From: Gammaproteobacteria bacterium
Lineage (GTDB): Bacteria; Pseudomonadota; Gammaproteobacteria; JAJFKG01
Length of the DNA stretch: 64,000 bases
Reading direction: 5' to 3'
NCBI GenBank assembly: GCA_965116795.1
Contig: OZ220716.1
Span: forward strand, 458,503 to 522,502
The notes beneath the pieces were generated by a model that was not told the origin of the DNA, searched no databases, and saw only the letters and a list, made by a program, of their open reading frames with translations. Every line of letters begins with the position of its first letter. Position 1 is the stretch's first letter. The position numbers and the translations under genes are program-made. Of the stretch, positions 21,861 to 32,681 are shown in pieces.

Positions 21861-22868
21861 TTATCTATAAAAATCGATAGTTTTTTGTAGGCCGTCAATT
21901 AAATCTTGTGTTGGTCGCCACGCCAATGCGTGTTGTATCTTGCTAGTATCCATTGCATAACGCCAATCATGTCCAGGGCGATCGGCAACAAACTGAATTA
22001 ATCGGTGATGTGGTGCATGTTTGGGGATGCGCTCATCCATTAAGTCACAGACCTGTTGTGCTAATGCTAGATTTGTTAGCGTTTGATGACCACCAATATT
22101 ATAGGTTTCACCGACATCAGCATAACGCAATACTGCATCAATGCCACGACAATGATCGGTAACGTACAGCCAATTGCGAAGTTGACTACCGTCACCATAT
22201 AGTGGGATCGGCTGTTGTTGTTGGCAGGCATGAATAATCGTTGGGATGAATTTTTCTGAATGCTGGAATGGCCCATAATTATTAGAACAATGTGTAATAG
22301 TCGTTGGTAACTGATAAGTATGTTGGTAGGCTCGAACAATATGATCCGATCCGGCTTTACTTGCTGCATACGGTGAATTAGGGGCATACGCCGTTTGTTC
22401 AGTAAACGCTGCATCAGCTTTAGTTAATGTACCAAACACTTCATCGGTTGAGATATGATGAAAACGACATTGATCAGCTGTGTAACGTTGCTCTGTTAAC
22501 CAGTACTGACGTGCCATATCCAATAATATAAAGGTACCATTTACATTGGTTTGAATAAAAGGCGCCGGTTTATCGATAGACCGATCAACATGACTTTCTG
22601 CTGCAAAATGGACAATGGTATCTATTTGGTGATCATGCATAATACTGTTTACTACGTATTGATCACAAATATCACCTTGATAAAAATCATAACGATCATT
22701 ATCGTCAATGTCTGCTAAATTCTGTTTATTGCCTGCATAGGTTAATTTATCCAATACCACCACTGTTACTGTCGGATCAGTTGTCAACATATAATGCACG
22801 AAGTTAGCACCAATAAACCCAGCACCACCGGTAATTAACACTTTTTTAGGAGTAAACTTAACCTTCAT
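21861..22868 (-). CDS. rfbB: dTDP-glucose 4,6-dehydratase
   Basis: TGGAGFIG, DKLTYAG, HFAAESHVDRSI, HISTDEVFG, PNSPYAASKA, DRPGHD; ATG 22868 overlaps the rfbD stop. Confidence 0.95.
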   Translation of the reverse strand: MKVKFTPKKVLITGGAGFIGANFVHYMLTTDPTVTVVVLDKLTYAGNKQNLADIDDNDRYDFYQGDICDQYVVNSIMHDHQIDTIVHFAAESHVDRSIDKPAPFIQTNVNGTFILLDMARQYWLTEQRYTADQCRFHHISTDEVFGTLTKADAAFTEQTAYAPNSPYAASKAGSDHIVRAYQHTYQLPTTITHCSNNYGPFQHSEKFIPTIIHACQQQQPIPLYGDGSQLRNWLYVTDHCRGIDAVLRYADVGETYNIGGHQTLTNLALAQQVCDLMDERIPKHAPHHRLIQFVADRPGHDWRYAMDTSKIQHALAWRPTQDLIDGLQKTIDFYR

Positions 22869-23734
22869 TGATAATACGCCTTTATCATTTGATTCACCTC
22901 TGCGTGCCAATGTGGTTGTTCAATGGCAAATTGTTGATTGATTTCACTGCAATCTAATTGTGGATGCAGTGGTCTAGGTGCTATCGCAGCATATTCTTGA
23001 GTAGTCACTGGTACAATTTGTTTAATTGCTAATGTTGTATAGCGTTGTGCCTGAGTAATGCAGTGTTGTGCAAGCGTATACCATGAAATAAATGGTATGC
23101 CGGTATAATGATAAATACCCCATGCCGGATCAGCTTGTAACTGTTTTATTAATGATAAGGTTGTTTGTGCAATCGCGTTTGCACTGGTTGGCCCAACATA
23201 TTGATCAGTAATAACACGTAAACTGCTTTGTGTATTAGCTAATTGCAAAATCGTATTAATAAAATTACGGCCATGCAACCCAAACACACCCGAAACACGT
23301 AAAATAAGGTATTGTGTTAAGCATTGTTGAATGACTTGTTCGCTTAAACATTTTGTATGGCCATATTGATTGCATGGCGTGGTTGGATCTGTTTCTGTAT
23401 ATACGCTATCTGGCACACCCGAAAATACATAATCTGTTGAATAATGAAATAACGGGATATCCAGCTGATGACAAACCTGTGCGAGCTGTTTAGCACCATC
23501 AACATTAACCACCATCGCTGTTATTTTCTCTTGTTCAGCACGATCAACATCGGTATACGCCGCTGCATTGATCACAACATCAGGTTGATGTTGGGTTAAT
23601 TGCGTTGTGATATCCGATAAGTTGGTAATATCACAGTCTTGGTGTGACAATGCAATGAGTTGATCGGGTTGTTTAACCTGTGCACGTATTGCTGATCCGA
23701 CTTGCCCCTGACTACCCGTCAATAGCAGTTTCAT
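22865..23734 (-). CDS. rfbD: dTDP-4-dehydrorhamnose reductase
   Basis: GSQGQVG, INAAAYTDVDRAE, STDYVFSG, YGHTK, DQYVGPT. Confidence 0.94.
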   Translation of the reverse strand: MKLLLTGSQGQVGSAIRAQVKQPDQLIALSHQDCDITNLSDITTQLTQHQPDVVINAAAYTDVDRAEQEKITAMVVNVDGAKQLAQVCHQLDIPLFHYSTDYVFSGVPDSVYTETDPTTPCNQYGHTKCLSEQVIQQCLTQYLILRVSGVFGLHGRNFINTILQLANTQSSLRVITDQYVGPTSANAIAQTTLSLIKQLQADPAWGIYHYTGIPFISWYTLAQHCITQAQRYTTLAIKQIVPVTTQEYAAIAPRPLHPQLDCSEINQQFAIEQPHWHAEVNQMIKAYYQ

Positions 23735-24300
23735 GCTGACTCCAGATAAACAGGCAATTGGTCAGGACGCAAATCACACAAACGCCAACTGTGTTTATCA
23801 TGTTCGGATAAAACTGGATCATGGATCGGCCAAGGAATATTTAAATCCGGATCATCCCATTGTATTGTCATTTCTGACGTCGGATCATACACAGCAGTAC
23901 ACTTATATTGAAAATCAACAACCGGTGCTAATGTACAAAAACCATGTGCAAAGCCAGGTGGAATATAAACTTGCTGCTGGGTTTCGGCATCTAATTCAAT
24001 AGTTACTGATTGCGCAAAGGTTGGTGAACCATGGCGTATATCAACAATCACATCAAATGCTCGACCTTGTGTTACCCACACTAATTTACCTTGTGGATGA
24101 GGCCATTGATAATGTAAACCGCGGATGATCCCTTGACCAGATCGCGACATATTATCTTGCACAAATGTCACATTAAGGCCAGCTTGTTCGACATAGCGTT
24201 GTTGATGATAATGTTCGATAAAAAAACCACGTTCATCGTTACAAAGATTAGGTTGAATCAAGATAACACCAGGCAAATTGGTGTTGGTGATATCCATCAT
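23731..24300 (-). CDS. rfbC: dTDP-4-dehydrorhamnose 3,5-epimerase
   Basis: DERGFF, FVQDN, RGLHYQ, QGKLV, GFAHGF, YKC. Confidence 0.95.
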   Translation of the reverse strand: MMDITNTNLPGVILIQPNLCNDERGFFIEHYHQQRYVEQAGLNVTFVQDNMSRSGQGIIRGLHYQWPHPQGKLVWVTQGRAFDVIVDIRHGSPTFAQSVTIELDAETQQQVYIPPGFAHGFCTLAPVVDFQYKCTAVYDPTSEMTIQWDDPDLNIPWPIHDPVLSEHDKHSWRLCDLRPDQLPVYLESA

Positions 24301-25187
24301 TCATCTCCTGATACGCTAGGAAAATTTGATTCTGGCAAACGACGTAAATAATCACCGTAATCATTATGAAAGTGCTGTGCAAGCGTTAATAATTGTGTAG
24401 TGTCGATATAACCCATGCGCCAAGCAACTTCTTCGGGACAACCAATCTTCAATCCTTGACGTTGTTCAAGTACTTGAATAAAACGCGACGCATCGGTTAA
24501 TGCATTATGGGTTCCTGTATCTAACCAAACAGAACCCGGCATTAGCTTGTGTACGTGTAGACGATCTTGTTTAAGGTAACATTGATTTAGATCAGTAATT
24601 TCTAATTCATTGCGTGCCGATGGGGTTAACTGTTTTGTTAATTCCACTGCGTCATGTTGATAAAAATAAAATCCTGGTACTGCATAGTGGGAAATAGGTG
24701 TTGATGGTTTTTCAATTAATTGCTTTGGTTTACCTGTTTCATCGAATTGCACAACACCGTAGCGACTCGGATCACGTACATGATAAGCAAACACGGTTGC
24801 ACCCGGATTCGTATCACGTGCTTGTTGAAGAAATTGTGCAAGATGATATCCGTAAATTAGGTTATCACCAAATGCCAATGCGGTCGCTTGCCCATCGAGA
24901 AATGTTTCTGCCAAGATTAGCGCTTGTGCAGCTCCAGCAGGCGTGGGTTGCGCGAGAAAGGTAAAACGCAATCCCCATTGACTCCCATCGCCCAGTAATC
25001 TCTCAAATAAGGGCTTGTCGATTGGTGTCGTAATGACTAAGATGTCAGTCAGTCCACTGAGCATCACCGTTGACAATGCATAGTAAATCATTGGCTTGTC
25101 ATAAACTGGTAATAAGTGTTTACTAACGCTCAATGTAGATGGATATAGGCGTGTCCCTGAACCGCCTGCAAGTATAATTGCTTTCAT
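24297..25187 (-). CDS. rfbA: Glucose-1-phosphate thymidylyltransferase
   Basis: ILAGGSGTRLYP, PVYDKPMIYY, EKP, SARNELEITD, WLDTGT. Confidence 0.95.
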   Translation of the reverse strand: MKAIILAGGSGTRLYPSTLSVSKHLLPVYDKPMIYYALSTVMLSGLTDILVITTPIDKPLFERLLGDGSQWGLRFTFLAQPTPAGAAQALILAETFLDGQATALAFGDNLIYGYHLAQFLQQARDTNPGATVFAYHVRDPSRYGVVQFDETGKPKQLIEKPSTPISHYAVPGFYFYQHDAVELTKQLTPSARNELEITDLNQCYLKQDRLHVHKLMPGSVWLDTGTHNALTDASRFIQVLEQRQGLKIGCPEEVAWRMGYIDTTQLLTLAQHFHNDYGDYLRRLPESNFPSVSGDE

Positions 25188-25203
25188 ATGGTAACCAATT
25201 GTT

Positions 25204-26346
25204 GTGACAAGATTTGCTTTTTGCCTATTTAGCTATTTTCCCTACGGTGGCTTACAAATTGACTTTAGGCAGATCCTGGCGTTGTGTCAACACGCTGGAC
25301 ATACTGTTGATATTTACACAATGGATTGGCAAGGCCCTCTTCCCGATGATCATCATATTCATTTCATTAATACATCAGCATTAACCAATCATAGCCGTGC
25401 ACAACAATTTAGCCAACAGGTTATGCATACTGTGACTAAACAACAATATGACTGTATCGTAGGATTTAATCAAATCCCAGGCATTGACGTTTATTTTGCT
25501 GCTGATGTGTGTTTTGCTTGGAAAATGGCATTGCAACATCCACATTATTACCGTTGGCTGCCACGTTATCATACTTATCTCACATTAGAACGCAAACTCT
25601 TTCAAGAAACACCACATTGTTTATGGTTAACACCAATGCAACAAGCTAATTATCAAGCCCATTACCACATTGCTGATGATAAAAATCATTTATTACTGCC
25701 TGGACTAACTTGTGATTGGCAATACCCAACTGATACACAGCATATACGTCAATGTTATCGAGACAAATTAAATCTCGCACAAGATGAAATATTATTACTG
25801 TCAGTTGGTTCACATTTCAAAACAAAAGGCATTTCGCGTAGTTTACGCGCTTATGCAGCATTGTCAGCAACATTACAGGAAAAAACACACTTCATCGTGA
25901 TTGGAAAAAGTAAAGAAAAACCATATTTAGAACTTGCTAGAAAATTACAGATCGAATCACAGATAACGTTTTTAGGGGCACAATCAGACATATTACCATT
26001 TATGCTAGCGGCTGATTTACTATTACATCCGGCATTGTATGAATCTGCAGGGTTAGTGTTGCTCGAAGCACTTACCTTGGGTTTACCGATCATCACTACA
26101 CAAGATTGTGGACATGCTTGGCATATTCAACAAGCCAATGCTGGCATGGTGCTACCCACACCGTTTTCTCAGCACGAATATAACAATGCATTATATAGTG
26201 CATTATCAACTGGCAAGTTAGCCACATGGAAAACAAATGGGTTAACGTATGCTAAACAAACTCAGTTACATGGCTTGCACGAGAAAGCTGTTAATATTAT
26301 TGAAACTGTCGCGAGTAATGGATCCCGCAGTCAAGCTGCGGGATGA
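25204..26346 (+). CDS. waaG: LPS core glucosyltransferase WaaG-like (GT4)
   Basis: AFCLFSYFPYGGLQ N-terminus, VGSHFKTKG, HPALYESAGLVLLEA; GTG start. Confidence 0.8.
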   Translation: MTRFAFCLFSYFPYGGLQIDFRQILALCQHAGHTVDIYTMDWQGPLPDDHHIHFINTSALTNHSRAQQFSQQVMHTVTKQQYDCIVGFNQIPGIDVYFAADVCFAWKMALQHPHYYRWLPRYHTYLTLERKLFQETPHCLWLTPMQQANYQAHYHIADDKNHLLLPGLTCDWQYPTDTQHIRQCYRDKLNLAQDEILLLSVGSHFKTKGISRSLRAYAALSATLQEKTHFIVIGKSKEKPYLELARKLQIESQITFLGAQSDILPFMLAADLLLHPALYESAGLVLLEALTLGLPIITTQDCGHAWHIQQANAGMVLPTPFSQHEYNNALYSALSTGKLATWKTNGLTYAKQTQLHGLHEKAVNIIETVASNGSRSQAAG

Positions 26347-26349
26347 CGG
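26319..26349. repeat. Single-hairpin CGTC-tagged REP-like unit overlapping the waaG stop codon
   Basis: TGGATCCCGCAGTCAAGCTGCGGGATGACGG; same family as 38762, 54878 and 57650. Confidence 0.85.
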
Positions 26350-26388
26350 ACCCAAGGATCGATATCTAACTTTCAAAGGCGCAATGTC

Positions 26389-26514
26389 TATACTCAAAGC
26401 GTTTTGACTGTAGGCGAGGCGGCAAGCCTTCTCGTCAAAGGAGTGTATTGAAATACATGACTTTGACGAGAAGGTGCAGCCAACAAAGCATACCGTTAAA
26501 ACACGAAGAGTATA
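26389..26514 (+). repeat. Full-length ERIC-like palindromic element (126 bp)
   Basis: TATACTC...GAGTATA ends; GGCGAGGCGGCAAG, GGAGTGTA..TACATGACT and GCAGCCAACAAAGC blocks; perfect 14-bp inner stem. Confidence 0.9.
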
Positions 26515-27420
26515 CTAATATAACGGAGGTTCGCCCCTAGGCCGCGTACGAAATCGACGATACTGCCATAAATATTGTTCCGGTTTATGACGAACTAATT
26601 TTTCAACTTCCATATTAATGCGTGTAGCATCATTGACAGCATCTCCTGTTGGAAAATGTTCAAGTGGTGGATAAAATGTTATATCATAGCCTTTATGATC
26701 ATCACGCCTAAAATAACTAGTCATTAATACGCTGGCATTTGTTATTTGTGCAAGACGCGCTGTTGTCTTAAGCGAATGTGCAGTGACCCCAAAAAAAGGA
26801 GCAAACACACCACGTCGTTTACTTGGATCGATATCAGGGCTATACCATAGTGGGATCCCTTGATTTAATTGCTTAACCAATGTGCGCATATTCTTACGTT
26901 CATGCAGTTGGTTATAATGCGGTTTACGCGCCAATTTCAGTACTGCACTTAATAATGGATGCTTAGGGTTTCGAAACATGATTGAAAAATCTAGATGCGA
27001 ACTCATCAACCTGCCAGCCATTTCCATTGATAAGAAATGTCCCCCAAGGATTAGAATATTTTTATGCTGTGCACGTAAACGCTCGAGATGTTCTAAACCG
27101 TGGATATGTGCCAATTTGGTTAACTTATTTTGTGATGCCCACCACGCTACCGGCGTCTCAAATAGTGCCATTCCCAGTGATTCAAAATACTTAACAAGCA
27201 ATTGGTGACGCTGTGCTGCTGTCCAGTCAGGGAAACACAGATCAATATTAATGTTAGCAACCCGTTTTGCGCGGGTATTAAAGCAATAGTATAGTCGGCC
27301 AACATATTTACCCAGTATCAATAATAATCGGTATGGTAGCAAACAAATCACAAACCGGATAAGTTGTAATAAACACCACAGTGGCCAATAATGAATGGGA
27401 ATTGCTGTTGTTGTTTTCAT
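26515..27420 (-). CDS. lpxL: Lipid A lauroyl/acyltransferase (LpxL/LpxP family)
   Basis: INIDLCFP, GGHFLSME, WYSPD, FAPFFG, PEQYLWQYRRFRTRP. Confidence 0.88.
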   Translation of the reverse strand: MKTTTAIPIHYWPLWCLLQLIRFVICLLPYRLLLILGKYVGRLYYCFNTRAKRVANINIDLCFPDWTAAQRHQLLVKYFESLGMALFETPVAWWASQNKLTKLAHIHGLEHLERLRAQHKNILILGGHFLSMEMAGRLMSSHLDFSIMFRNPKHPLLSAVLKLARKPHYNQLHERKNMRTLVKQLNQGIPLWYSPDIDPSKRRGVFAPFFGVTAHSLKTTARLAQITNASVLMTSYFRRDDHKGYDITFYPPLEHFPTGDAVNDATRINMEVEKLVRHKPEQYLWQYRRFRTRPRGEPPLY

Positions 27421-27530
27421 CCGATTAACATATCACACACAGCGAATTTATTCTAATCAATGTTATCAATTGATACTACCCCTACACTTACTGCAAAACT
27501 TCGGTATAATTTAATAGTAATAATCATTGA

Positions 27531-28550
27531 ATGAGGGACCATCCAATGCCACTTGAAATGACACCATCCACTTCTGTTCAGCCATCTACATCGTCATTAT
27601 TTGATACGATCCAACACGCTAGACACACGTTAGAACAGCGTATTATCGGGCAACAAGCCTTAGTGTTACGCCTATTTATCGCATTGCTGGCCGATGGCCA
27701 TCTATTAGTTGAAGGCGCACCTGGATTAGCTAAAACCAGTGCTATCAAAGCGTTAGCTGAAGTGATTGAAGGCGATTTCCATCGGGTACAATTTACTCCA
27801 GATTTATTGCCTGGTGATTTAACTGGCACTGATATTTACCAACCACAAACCGGTTCATTTCATTTTCAGCAAGGCCCACTATTTCATAATATTATTTTGG
27901 CAGATGAAATTAACCGTGCACCTGCTAAAGTGCAGTCAGCATTACTAGAAGCCATGGCAGAACGTCAAATTACCATTGGTTGTAGTACGTATGCATTACC
28001 AGATTTATTCTTTGTAATGGCAACTCAAAACCCCATTGAACAAGAAGGAACTTATCCGTTACCAGAGGCACAATTAGATCGCTTTCTAATGTATGTTACG
28101 ATTGATTACCCCTCTATTAACGCCGAATACGACATTTTACAGTTAGCACGTCATCAAGCATTGACACAACAATCGCGGGACAGTCACATAGTAACTATTT
28201 CGCAAAAACAAATCATTAATGCACGCCATCAAGCTCTACAACTACACATGAGTGATGAATTATCCCAGTATATTGTGCAATTAGTGCATGCGACACGACA
28301 GCCGGATCAAACAAACATAGGGCGCTGGCTACGTTTTGGTGCAAGTCCACGCGCCACCATTGGTCTTGATCGTTGTGCACGTGTACATGCTTGGTTACAT
28401 AACCGTGATTACGTGAATCCAGATGATATTCACGCAATTGCACACGATGTATTGCGTCATCGCATTTTATTAAACGTCGAGGCGCAAGCTGAAGGAGTGA
28501 CAACTGATCAGGTTATCGATGAATTATTACATCACGTTGTAATTCCATAA
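27531..28550 (+). CDS. moxR: MoxR-family AAA+ ATPase
   Basis: HLLVEGAPGLAKT, RVQFTPDLLPGD, LADEINRAPAKVQSALLEAM, ATQNPIEQEGTYPLPEAQLDRF. Confidence 0.95.
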   Translation: MRDHPMPLEMTPSTSVQPSTSSLFDTIQHARHTLEQRIIGQQALVLRLFIALLADGHLLVEGAPGLAKTSAIKALAEVIEGDFHRVQFTPDLLPGDLTGTDIYQPQTGSFHFQQGPLFHNIILADEINRAPAKVQSALLEAMAERQITIGCSTYALPDLFFVMATQNPIEQEGTYPLPEAQLDRFLMYVTIDYPSINAEYDILQLARHQALTQQSRDSHIVTISQKQIINARHQALQLHMSDELSQYIVQLVHATRQPDQTNIGRWLRFGASPRATIGLDRCARVHAWLHNRDYVNPDDIHAIAHDVLRHRILLNVEAQAEGVTTDQVIDELLHHVVIP

Positions 28551-28562
28551 TAGGCGATCAAG

Positions 28563-29486
28563 ATGGTTAATTCACTAACAGATATTGAGCTACCTGATTT
28601 AATTGCCTGTCAGCATGCTGCAACTGATTTAGATTTGCGTCATTGTGCTTACCACATTAGACAATTAGCTGGTAATTATACTGCACACCTTCGTGGACGT
28701 GGCGTTGATTTTGCTGAAACGCGTCGCTATCAATCAGGTGACGATGTGCGTTGTATGGATTGGCGTGTCACTGCGCGCACTGGCAAACCACATGTTAAAG
28801 TTTATCAAACTGAACGTGAACGTCCGATTATATTTGCAACTGATGTTAGTCATTCCTTATTCTTTGGAACACAAACCGCATTTAAATCAGTTATTGCAGC
28901 CAAGCTAACCGCCACATTAGCATGGACAGCTGTTCATCAAGGTGATCGTAGCGGCGGTTTAGTCTTTAGCAATGATCAACAGCATGCAATTCGTCCTGCA
29001 CCTCGTCAGCAAGGGATATTGCCGTTACTCAATGCATTAAGCAAAGCCACCATGCCTAGCACAACAACAGCAGGTTATTTTAATAAAGCACTCTCTCAAT
29101 TAATACCCATTACACGTACAGGAAGTTTAGTGTTTGTTATTAGTGACTTTCTTGATATAAACGACGATAGTGCGCGTTATTTAAGTCGTTTAAGTTTACA
29201 TAATGATGTTATCTGTATCTGTATTTATGACAGACTAGAAGCTGCTGCACCTTTACCTAACCATTATCAATTTAGCAATGGTCAACATACTGTATTGCTA
29301 GATACACATAATACTAAATCTAACCAAGAATATGCCAATCAATTTAGTAAACGTATCAGTAATATAAAACAATTATTAGCACCTTACGCAATTCCATTAC
29401 TATTAATTAATACCGCTGAGCCATTGCAAACTACATTATCAGCTACATTTGGTAAATCAGCAGCAAAAACTAGGTACACTGTATGA
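28563..29486 (+). CDS. DUF58 family protein
   Basis: GRGVDFAETRRYQSGDDVR.MDWRVTAR, ERER, ISDF; follows moxR. Confidence 0.9.
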   Translation: MVNSLTDIELPDLIACQHAATDLDLRHCAYHIRQLAGNYTAHLRGRGVDFAETRRYQSGDDVRCMDWRVTARTGKPHVKVYQTERERPIIFATDVSHSLFFGTQTAFKSVIAAKLTATLAWTAVHQGDRSGGLVFSNDQQHAIRPAPRQQGILPLLNALSKATMPSTTTAGYFNKALSQLIPITRTGSLVFVISDFLDINDDSARYLSRLSLHNDVICICIYDRLEAAAPLPNHYQFSNGQHTVLLDTHNTKSNQEYANQFSKRISNIKQLLAPYAIPLLLINTAEPLQTTLSATFGKSAAKTRYTV

Positions 29487-29956
29487 ATGGCCCAACAACA
29501 TCACTCGCTCAACTGCGCGATATTCATATGCCAACACTAATTGCTTGGTGGCCACTGGCAATCGGTTGGTGGGTGGTCGCTGGTTTAATACTACTAATAC
29601 TAGTCAGTGTTATTTATTATAATTGGCGTCGCCAACAACAAAAACCATTACGTCATGTATTGGCGATGTTAGCCAAATTACAACAGCAACAAACCGAACA
29701 ACCCAATATGAACTGTTTGCCGGCACTATCAACCATCATGCATCGCATTGCATTAGTGCATTTTCCGCGAACTAATGTTACTCATTTACACAATGATGCA
29801 TGGTTACGTTTTTTAGATCACACTGGCCACACTACTGCGTTTACCCAAGGTGCAGGTCAATGTTTAGCAATAGGTCCTTATCAAAAACACGTCGATGTCA
29901 ATTGGCAAGCTGTTTTTGCGTGTGTTACACAATGGGTGAAAACTGTTTATGTTTGA
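29483..29956 (+). CDS. DUF4381 family membrane protein
   Basis: LRDIH.P..I.WWPLA.GWW, one TM helix, WL.FLD; position in the Bat operon. Confidence 0.85.
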   Translation: MNGPTTSLAQLRDIHMPTLIAWWPLAIGWWVVAGLILLILVSVIYYNWRRQQQKPLRHVLAMLAKLQQQQTEQPNMNCLPALSTIMHRIALVHFPRTNVTHLHNDAWLRFLDHTGHTTAFTQGAGQCLAIGPYQKHVDVNWQAVFACVTQWVKTVYV

Positions 29957-30968
29957 ATTTGCTACGCCACTGGCTTGGTGTTTATTACCATTACCTATTA
30001 TTATTTGGTTATGTGTACCTGCTGCCCAATTACGTACTGGTAAACCGCTTGTTATTCCGTTTTTTAATCAGATTAAATCACTACCCACATTCACAACAAC
30101 GACTTCATCTACTCTATGGCGATACATTATTGCGTATGCATTATGGAGTTTATTGGTATGTGCCTTGGCAGGCCCACAATGGCTAGGCAAACCGATTACC
30201 ATGACGCAACGTGGCCGTCCCATTTTGCTTGCGATCGATATTTCTGGTTCGATGCAAATTGCTGACATGAAGATAAAGGATCGTCTTTACGATCGATTAA
30301 CCTTAGTGAAAGCCGTTGCAGAACGATTTATCAAACGACGCCAAGGTGATCGCATTGGCTTATTATTATTTGGCAGTCGTGCCTATGTGCAAACACCGTT
30401 AACCTATGACAGACAAACAGTGATCACACAATTGCATGATGCCACAATTGGATTAGCAGGACAGCGTACTGCAATGGGTGATGCCATTGGGTTAGCGATT
30501 AAACGTTTAGATGACGTACCAGAAAATAATCGTGTGTTAGTGTTACTCACCGATGGTGCAACGAATGCTGGAGTTGATCCACTTAAAGCAGCAAGATTAG
30601 CAGCTAAACACCATGTACGTATTTACACGATTGGTTTGGGTGCAGATGAAATCGCAGTGCAAACACCTTTAGATATGCAATATCAGCAACAATCTAGTGA
30701 TTTAGACCCAGAGACGTTAAAGAAAGTAGCTAATATTACTGGTGGATTATTCTTTCGAGCAAACGATGCTGCCGCATTGGTACAAGCTTATCAACAATTA
30801 GATCAATTAGAACCGATTGTTGCCGAAGCAGCAACCTACCGACCGATCACCCCACTGTACCCGTGGCCACTTGGGTTAGCACTGGGATTTAGTTTAGGCT
30901 TGTTAGCAAGACGTATTCACTATTACAAACCATCGCCAATAGAGATGGAACAATCACATGTTAACTAA
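29949..30968 (+). CDS. batA: VWA domain protein BatA
   Basis: DISGSM MIDAS motif, GDRIGL, TAMGDAIG, LLTDG; N- and C-terminal TM segments. Confidence 0.88.
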   Translation: MFEFATPLAWCLLPLPIIIWLCVPAAQLRTGKPLVIPFFNQIKSLPTFTTTTSSTLWRYIIAYALWSLLVCALAGPQWLGKPITMTQRGRPILLAIDISGSMQIADMKIKDRLYDRLTLVKAVAERFIKRRQGDRIGLLLFGSRAYVQTPLTYDRQTVITQLHDATIGLAGQRTAMGDAIGLAIKRLDDVPENNRVLVLLTDGATNAGVDPLKAARLAAKHHVRIYTIGLGADEIAVQTPLDMQYQQQSSDLDPETLKKVANITGGLFFRANDAAALVQAYQQLDQLEPIVAEAATYRPITPLYPWPLGLALGFSLGLLARRIHYYKPSPIEMEQSHVN

Positions 30969-31970
30969 CATAACATTAATACAGCTAATGCGACCTTACT
31001 GGTTGCTTGCCTTGATCCCAGCAATATTAATCTGGTTATTAGCAACATACCGTGGCAAATCAACTGATCCATGGCAAACTGTTTGTGATCCAAGACTATT
31101 AGCTGCTTTATATGCACAACAAGCTACAAAACAAGCCATCACGTATCGCTGGCTACCGTGGTTAATCTTAATTGGATTACTATGCATGGTCTTTGCATTA
31201 GCTGGACCAAGCTGGCAACGGGAAACAACCCCACTCTATCAACGTGATCAAGCGCATGTAGTTGTACTGGATCTATCAACAGCTATGTATGCAACTGATC
31301 TAACCCCACAACGCTTAGCACGTGCACGTTATAAAATACTCGATTTGCTCGAGCAATTAACCGATGGTGAAACGGGTATGGTTGCATTTGCACAAGAAGC
31401 CTATGTTGTATCACCACTAACGCGTGATACGCACACTATTAGTGCAATGATATCTGATTTATCTCCTGAGATTATGCCAGTACAAGGTCAATCGATTCGT
31501 GCCGGTTTAATCAAAGCACAACAATTATTAACAACAACTCAACACGCCCATATTATTTTATTCACTGCCACCAATCCTACTGATGATGATTTAGCCGTAG
31601 CTAAACAGTTACATCAGCGTGGGATCACATTATCAGTCATTGGCATTGGTACTGAACACAATGCACCGATGCGCACTGATACTGGACAATTGATTAAAGA
31701 TCGCGATGGCAATATTCAAATGAGCCGTTTAGATAAACAACGGCTAATGCAATTGGCCGACCAAGGTGGCGGGATTTTTAAGTTATTTCGTGGAGATGAT
31801 CAAGATATACAGCAACTTATTCAACAAATTAACATGACCCAAGTAAACAAAAAGCAAACTGAACATACGATACAACGTTGGCACGATCAAGGTCGTTGGT
31901 TTATATTGCTAGTATTATTATTAATGTTATGTGGTTTTCGTCGTGGCTGGTTAACAGAGATAATACACTA

Positions 31971-31971
<1 letters not shown>
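30958..31971 (+). CDS. batB: VWA domain protein BatB-like
   Basis: ALAGPSW, LDLS.AM, SPLT.D, GIGT; C-terminal W.D.G.W...FRRGW. Confidence 0.82.
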
Positions 31972-32680
<709 letters not shown>

Positions 32681-32681
<1 letters not shown>

